A stretch of 64,000 bases of DNA from a virus, in the IMG/VR virus record IMGVR_UViG_3300007609_001486, positions 1 to 64,000 of that record. The stretch is one strand, 5' to 3'. Below the pieces are notes generated by a model, which worked only from the letters and a program-made list of their open reading frames with translations, did not search any database and was not told the origin of the DNA. Positions 11,301 through 20,300 of this stretch are shown one piece after another (position 1 is the stretch's first letter; each line of letters starts with the position of its first letter). The translations under genes and the position numbers were made by a program.

Positions 11301-14300
11301 GGTTAACATTTATTTAAACGGTGCTCAATTGTTATTCGACAGAGATTATTATTTCACCGCAGAAGGTTTTGCATATATCGACGCTGGTCAAAAACTTGGC
11401 GACACGATTGAAATTGTTGAATATAGCTCCACAGATGGAAGTTACATTCCGCCTACGCCTACAAAATTAGGACTTTATCCAAGATTTGAACCTGAAATAA
11501 CCATAGATGAACAGTGGTTAGACAGCACCGCAGATAATGTTGATGCCAGGATAGCCCATGCAATTTATGGAGAAAATCTCAATAATCATTTGCAAAGAGG
11601 TTGGTTTTATCCAGTTTATCTCGATCGCAAAACTGCCATGCAAAATGATGCCAACGAAACTGTTGTGGTGTTACGTCTTAAAGGATCAAGCAAAGTCTTT
11701 TATGCACCGGCTAATAAGTTTGTAGCAGGATCGCTTACTCCCACAGAAGAATACAAAGAATATCCTATTGGCCATGCATTTGTTACCGGACACGACGGAA
11801 GTTTTACAAAGTGTTATAAAGATTATAGAGATATTCTTTGGTTGGAACTTGAAAAAAGAATATACAACAACATCAAAATCGATTATGCAAAGACCCAGAT
11901 AAACATTCATGATTACGTGGGAGGAAGATTCCGTGACACCGGATTGACGGATTCAGATATAGACAGGATTCTCATTAAAGATTTCACAGCTTGGAATAGA
12001 ATCGTCAAGGCTGATTACACAGAAAATAAGTTTTTCCAAAATCAAAATCAATTCACTTTCAATTACAGTCAAACAAGCTCTGTGGTTGATGACAGAAATC
12101 TTCCGGGATTCTGGAGAGCCGTTTACAAAGATGCATTTGATACCGATCGTCCGCACACACATCCTTGGGAAATGCTAGGGTTTACTCGCAAGCCTATCTG
12201 GTGGGAGACACAATATGGAGCACCACCGTACACAAGCAACAACACAATTCTGTGGCGCGACCTTGAAGACGGCGTTATTAGAAAGCCCGATAGCACACCT
12301 GTTTTAGATTCTAAATATACTAGACCAGGTCTTAGAGATTTTTTACCTGTTGATTCGCAAGGACAATTGAAGCCTCCAGTAAGCGCAAATTATGCAAAAA
12401 ATATTATTGTGCGAAATCTTGATGACAGTTTCAAGTTTGGAGATAATGCTCCTGTAGAATCTGCATGGAGAAGAAGTTCTGAGTATGCGTTTTCTCTCAT
12501 AAAGGCAATTTTATTGAATCGTCCTTCAGACTTTTTAGGAAAAGGTTTTGATGTTGCAAGAATACAGAGAAATCTAGCAGGACAATTTGTTTACACGGAA
12601 ACTGGAAAAAATACCCAATTGACTAATTTGGTATTTCCTAACACATACTCGGACAATTTCCGAATACCCACAAGCGGGCTTGTAAATTACATATACAATC
12701 TCATAGGAAGCAATGTATTAAGTGTATACGATGACTACAAAAACAATATCAAAGCAATAAGAAATCAGCTGGGTTTTAAACTTGGCGGATTCACAGACAA
12801 ACAAAAAATAAATTTAATTTTGCAAAGCAAAAGCCCCAGTGAGGAAAATTCACAAGGTTTATTTGTACCACAAGATAATTTTGAAATATTCCTTAACACA
12901 AGCAGTCCTATTGACAATGTAAATTACAGTGGTGTAATAATCGAGCTACGGGCCGATGGATTTATTGTGCAAGGCTATGACTCTGAAACGCCCATATTCA
13001 AATACTACAAGACCATCTCCACGCAAGGCGACCCTACTGTGGTTGTAGGCGCAGAAGCAGAAGATGTTGTACAATGGACACCTAACAGGGTGTATGTCAA
13101 AGGACAAATTGTAGAAAATGCGTTTGCATATTACAGAGTTACCCAGGATTTTACCAGTGGCTCTTCATTTGACCTAGAAAATCTAGCAAAATTAAGCGAA
13201 CTTCCTGTAACAGGAGGCCAGCGTGCACAGTTTCGAAATGGTTTTGATAAAAATTTCATACTGGAATTAACATACGGATCCAAGTTAGCAGATGTGCAAA
13301 GTGTGGTGGACTTTATATTAGGCTACGGCGAATACCTCAAAGATCAAGGATTTATTTTCGATTATTTTGATACAGATTTTCAAAAAGTTGAAGATTGGAA
13401 GACTGCTGCCAAAGAGTTTTTATTCTGGAGTGCCCAAGGTTGGTCAGAGGGCACGGTCATTAGCGTTAGTCCTGCAGCTTACAAACTCATGCTGAAAAGA
13501 GACTTCAGTGTAGCAGATGACATTTTTGATCGATTTTATGAATACAGCTTGCTATCAGAAAACGGGAATCCTTTGCCTAGGGAATTTGGCACCATTCTCA
13601 GAGAAAAAAACAGTTTTAGTTTGTCAGTAGATAATACCGACAATGGCATATATAATCTCACTGTGCCCTTGGTACAAAAAGAACATGTGGTGTTACTGGA
13701 TAATAAAACAGTTTTCAGTGATATATTATATCAACCATACAGCGGTTATAGACAAGAAAGAATCAAGGTTCTAGGTTTTAGAAGTGACAACTGGAACGGA
13801 AGTTTGAATATTCCAGGGTTTGTTTTTGATGATGCAAAAGTCACAGAATGGGAGCCGTGGCAAGATTACGAAATAGGCAGTCTGGTTAAACACAAAGAAT
13901 TCTTTTATGTTGCTATAGAAACAGCATATGGGTCTGCAGAATTTAACTTCAATTTCTGGAATAGGCTATCGAATCAACCCGAACCGCAACTGATGACAAA
14001 TTTTGATTTCAGAGCAAATCAATTCACAGACTATTACGATGTTGACAGTATAGGATTTGACAGAGACCAACAGAGACTTGCACAACATCTTATTGGCTAC
14101 CAAAAAAGAGATTACCTGGCTAACATAATTAATGATGACGTAAGCCAATTCAAATTCTATCAAGGATTTATCAAAGACAAGGGAACAAGAAATGCTATAG
14201 ATAAATTGTTTGATGCTCTGGGCGGTAACGAAAGCGGCCTAGATTTCTACGAAGAGTGGGCTGTACAGAGCGGTATTTACGGACAGTCTGATAAAATACG

Positions 14301-17300
14301 GCAATTAGGTATACCTTTAAAAGAAGATAAAATACTGGAAAGTCCACAAGGTATAGAACTTGTAGATTATATTCCCAATGACATTTTTGATACAACATAT
14401 AGAGTTCGTCCCGATGATCTTATAACACGACCTGAAGATTTTAGTATAAATTGTTTCCCTACAAAACAGCTAGATGAATATATACTCACAGGCGGATATG
14501 TTCATGAAGATGACATAGACTATAAAATTGAAAGTGTATTAGAATTGCAAAATGTAGATGTAAACCTTATGAACATAGGTGAATACATTTGGGTCACTGA
14601 CGTTTCTCCTAATGATTGGAACGTGTTTAGAATTATAAATTCCAATATCACTGTTAATTCGCTTACTGTAAATCCTGAACAAAATACGTTGGGAGAAACC
14701 ACAGCTACAATAGAATTTGCATCCACCGAGTTACCTGATATACGAGAAAATGACGTTATTGCTATATTGGGTGCACAATTATACGATGTAACCGGTTTTT
14801 ACCAAATTACAGAAGCAGTGTCTGGAAATATTTTAGTTATCGAAATTCCAGAAGATAACAGCTTCCAAGATTTTGTTGATGAAGAATTTGAGTGTGTGGT
14901 CCTTAAGAGCGAACGGGTAGACTCTTTTGCTAATTTTAATGACGTTGCCCAAGAATCGAGACTGGATGATCAAAAAGTTTGGGTGGATTCGTTTAGATCT
15001 GATCTTGAATGGGCAATGTTGCAAAACACAAAAGTCTATTCTAAAATTACAGAGCAAATTAATCCTAATGACATAGAAGATTCCAGTGCCGCGCAGGACG
15101 TTTCTAATAGATTCGGAACCGATATTGCTAGTTCAAACGATAATAGATTTGTTTTTGTAAGTGCACCTGGATTCGCAGACGGAGAAGTATACTTCTATAG
15201 AAGAAATCAAGACACAGACGAATTAGTATTAAACGATTCTATAAACAATCCTGGATTTAATTTATATCAATTAGAACAAAGCAATTTTGGTCAAAGCATT
15301 TCTGTCAGTGACGACGGAGAATATCTTGCGATCGGTGCACCAGCTGCCAGCGAAGTAAAGACAAAATACAAAAAAGATTGGTTATCTACTAGAGAATATG
15401 CAAAAGGCGATATTGTGAGACATAAAGGCTCACTGTGGCGTGCACAGAGGACCATACTTCCGGAAGTCGGTGACAAAAAATACAAAACATTTGACAGTCA
15501 CTATTTAATGGAAGATAGGAAGAATGACAGTGCAGTTTTGCAAACGCTAATAACTGGTTCTCCTTTGTTGCCAGGCCGTCAGGTTAACCACCTACTTGTG
15601 AGAGCACCTGCTGATTTGTACTTGGCATCGACGCCCGGAGATTGGTTAAAGCTAGCATGGAATGAGTTTACTTATTTTAACGGACAAATAGATACAGCAC
15701 GTTATCCTTTTGACAACACCATACAGCAAATAGGATTCGACGGCCAAAATAATTTCCTAGATGGCTTCCATCAAATCAAAGAAAAAGTTGACAAGATATT
15801 TTTCTTACCACAATTTGATATTTTACTTCAAGTAGGAGACACAGTGCAAACCAACAGCGGTTTTGCAATAGTTTGTTATGTGGATTTTAGATTGGGCGAC
15901 ATGACAATATACCTTAAGGATATACGCGGCAATTTCGATGCCACGGGCACACTTGAAAGATTTAATTTTAGAGATGCCAGTGTTGAGATCATTGGCGAAT
16001 ATCAAGAAATAGATTATGGCTTTGTTGAGGATTTCAATGGTTTTTGGGCTATTGCGTTGGACTCTTCCGATGAAGGTATTGCATTTAACGACAATAACAC
16101 AAACTATTTTACCGACGATGTTTATTTTGACGAAGGCAAAGGCCTAGTTATTGCTGATTTAATCAAAGAATCGGTATATCCTGCTCAGAAAAACAGAAAC
16201 ACATACCTCAACATCACTGATGAAATAAAGCGTCTAGGGACCGTTACAACCACAAACTTGAAAGCAAGCATGTTACATAATCTAGGCGAATACTGGGTAG
16301 CACGTATGTCTACTTCGGTCACTGCGGAACTTTCTCAAAGAGACACAGTTGGATTTTATCTTAACGACGAAATATCAACACCTTATTTTGACCGAGTGGC
16401 AGAAATAGGTCTTGAATTTAGCCAACTTAATAAGATTGATCATGTCATTGAAGACATATGGGACGGGTACATTGATGTGACCGTTAATGCAGAAGATCCT
16501 AATACACGCGAACTTTTGTTATTTGCAGAAGGCGATATCGTGCGAGACAAACAACGCCCATTTAATATTTTCCAACAACCTGCAGATATTCCTCTTGATT
16601 TAGGCAACGAAGCAGAAGTTGTGTTTGTAAAAAATAATATTGGTGGCAGATTTGATAGACAAAGAATTTATATTAGAATACTCAACGGAAATTGGAACCT
16701 GCAAAATAATATCGCTGTAACAAATATTTCCAGAGAAAGACAGGAAAATGGAAACCTCGTAGAGAGGATTATGGGAGACATTGTTGATTACAGGAATGAT
16801 GTAGTGGTTCCAAACAGCAATGCAGGTATAGGAAAATTTTTAGTAGTAACCAGCGAGACTGTTTCGGGAGTAGATTTTGAAATTCAAGATGCAGAATATC
16901 ACATCAACAGTTTTTCAGAGTTAGATGCTCCGGCAATACCACCAAGTGTACCAAGCAGTTTAAACAGAGATTACGAACAGGTCTTTAATATTTCTGCTAA
17001 CACTGCTGGCATTGCAGGAGAGCAAAATACCGGTGCGGTTGTTATTTTAAGAAAGTCTGGACCAAATGCATATTCGTTAAGCAAAGTGATTACCAGTGAG
17101 AAGAATTTCGACATTGAGAATGCAGAATTTGGCAAGCAAGTGCGACTTGTTCAAAATGGTATAAATTACAGCCTGTATGTTTCCAGCAATGCCAATAACA
17201 GCGAATCTGGCTTTGTGGAAATTTTTGAACATGGGCCTGTTGCGGATTCGAATTTCAAAGGAACGTGGAATCCTGATTTGCCATATGTCAAGGACGACGT

Positions 17301-20300
17301 AGTGTTGCATCTGGGTAATTACTATCTAGCAAAAATTAACATTAACACACAAACACAAACAAGTATATTTAACACGAATTTTTGGACGGAAATTTCTTGG
17401 AGAAGATCAACCGATATAGATTTTAGAGGACAATGGACCCCCGGCGAAGAATACATAAAAGACAGTGTTGTGCAATATGAAAATGAGCTATACGTTGCGC
17501 TGACAAATATATCCTCCGCAAACAGTCAACAAAATCCTCAATTAGACAGCGACAGATGGCTGAGAAATAGCGAGTCTATCGTGATTGACGGATCTATAAC
17601 CGATTCCAGTGTGGACGAATTTGCAGAGGAGTTTGCAATAAACAACAGCGGCGACGTTTTAGTAATTAAATCCAAAACACTGTCACCTGATCCTGTCACA
17701 CAATTTTCGATTTATAGAAAAGCTCTGTCAGGAAATTATGTAAAACAAGATGCCACAATCAACATTCAATCTAGCGATGTAAATTTTGACCTTGACTATG
17801 AAGGCAACACATTGGCACTGGGTATTCCAGACAATAATGACGCAGGACAGAATGTTGGAAAGTTGATCATTTACAACTTGTCAGATCAAAGCCAAACTGT
17901 GATATATCCACCTGCCATTGAAAACCTAAGAAGCTTCGGTTACATGGTAGCATTTAATCAAACCAGCTTAATTGTAGGTGCAATTGATTTAGTTAGCGAC
18001 CAAGGAAAAGCTCTGGTTTACGAAGTACTGAGAAACCAATTTATATACAGCGAGATAATTGCATTTGACCGCCCTGTGGATTCAACTTCACAAAAATTGC
18101 ATGGAAGGAACAATCACATTTATGTTGGTGTACCTAACAGTGAAAATAATCTGTTTACGGGCTCATTTGTGGACTTTAGAAAAGATCAAAACAGTTTGGG
18201 TTGGACGGTTGCAAGGGAATTGATTCCATCGGTTGATCTAGAAAAAATCAACGGCGTATTCCTATACAACAAGAGAACAGAACAAAAAATTACTAGCCTT
18301 GATTACATAGATCCTGTACAAGGAAAAATTGCAGGACCAGCAGAACAAAACATCAGTTACAAGGTTCCTTACGATCCTGCACAATACAATGTAGGAGATA
18401 CGGCCAACGATGTTAACTGGGCAGAAGAACATGTGGGCAAGATATGGTGGAACACCGGCAATGCTAGGTTCACTTACGCATACCAAGGTGATATAAATTA
18501 TCAACGGTCCAATTGGAACGAACTACAACCGGGCGCAACCGTGGATGTATATGAATGGGTAGAATCTAATTTATTGCCCAGTAGTTGGGACAGTATAACA
18601 AACACCGCTCAAGGGGATGTGCTAGGCATTACAGGTGTAACACTATACGGCAACGACAGATACAGCAAACGTTTTACCTATGACAGAGAAAGTCAGACAT
18701 TCAGAGAAGTGTACTATTATTGGGTAAAGAACAAAAGAACAGTGCCTAATATAGAAGGCAGAACGCTTTCTGCATTGGATATTGCGAGGCTTATTGCTCA
18801 ACCAAGGGAACAAGGCTATCGTCATGTAAATTTCTTGTCCGACAACAGATTGGTTTTAAACAACTGCAAGCCTTTGATAGAAAACGAAGATGTGGTTTTG
18901 AATATCGATTATGTTTTGGACAAATTGGATGACCAAAACACTCACAGTGCCTATCAGATAATCACAGATGGTTTAGCATCCAGTGTTCCGCACACTGACA
19001 TCGAACAGAAATGGTTTGACAGTTTGATAGGCGTAGATAAAAATCAAAAGTCTGTTCCAGACATCAGCCTACCTGAAAATCAAAAATACGGTGTACAAAC
19101 AAGACCTCGCCAGTCAATGTTTAGAAACAGACCTGAGGCACTTAAACAGGTTATTACGAGAACAAATATTGCGTTAGAATCTAACTTGATTGTAGATGAC
19201 AGAGACATCAGTGATTTGTTACAAGCAGACGAGATTCCTAACCAAGCGTCTGGTCTTTACGATCTAAGTGTTGATACAAAAGACGAAATGCTGCTTTTAG
19301 GCGTTAAGTTCACACAAGCCGAATTAAAGCCGGTTATAATAAACGGAAGAATTATAAGGGTAGAAATCATAAACAGAGGTAGAGGTTATAAACTTCCGCC
19401 TTCTTATGTTGTGCAAGGAACTGGTTCAGAAGCAGCAATTGACCTTGATATCAATAATCTTGGCCAGATAACTGCTGCCAGGGTAACCAATCCTGGAAAA
19501 AATTATGATGGTAACACAAAAATAACAGTAAGGCCTTTTGCGGTTTTGGTCAACACCGATGAGGATGCACAAGGCAGATGGTCCATTTACAATTACCAAT
19601 CTGACAATGATAGTTGGTTTAGAACACGTATTCAAACCTTCGATGTAAGCAGATATTGGGAGTATGCAGATTGGTATGATCAAGGATTCAATCAACTCTC
19701 AGAAATTGATCATTATGTTGATGCACAGTATCAACTAAATGCGTTAGAGGATAACATAGGGGATACAATTAAAATAGCCAATGTGGGATCTGGAGGATGG
19801 TTGCTTCTCAGAAAAATAAACAATACCGATCAAAACTCCGCTGTGGACTACGAAGTAGTGGGCAGACAGAACGGAACAATCCAGTTCAAAGCCAGCTTGT
19901 ATGATTACAATCTAGGAGGTCCAGGCTTTGATAATCGCAGTTTTGGAGAATTATTCTATGATGATACTCCCACTACCGAACTGAGGATTATTCTAGAAAC
20001 CATAAGAGATAAATTGTTTACAGGAAATCTGCGCACAGAATATAACCAGCTATTCATAGCCAGTCTACGTTATGTTTTGAACGAGCAAAAAAATCCAGAT
20101 TGGTTTTTCAAAACCAGCTTTGTGAAATTAGCCCACTCAGCAGGCACCCTAGACCAAGATTTGACCTATAATTTTGACAACCTTCAAAGCTATGTAGATT
20201 ATGTGAATGAAGTAAAACCGTTCAGTACCGTAGTTAGAGAATTTGTAAGTCATTATACCAAGAATGAAGATTCAAACACTTCAGTGTCTGACTTTGATTT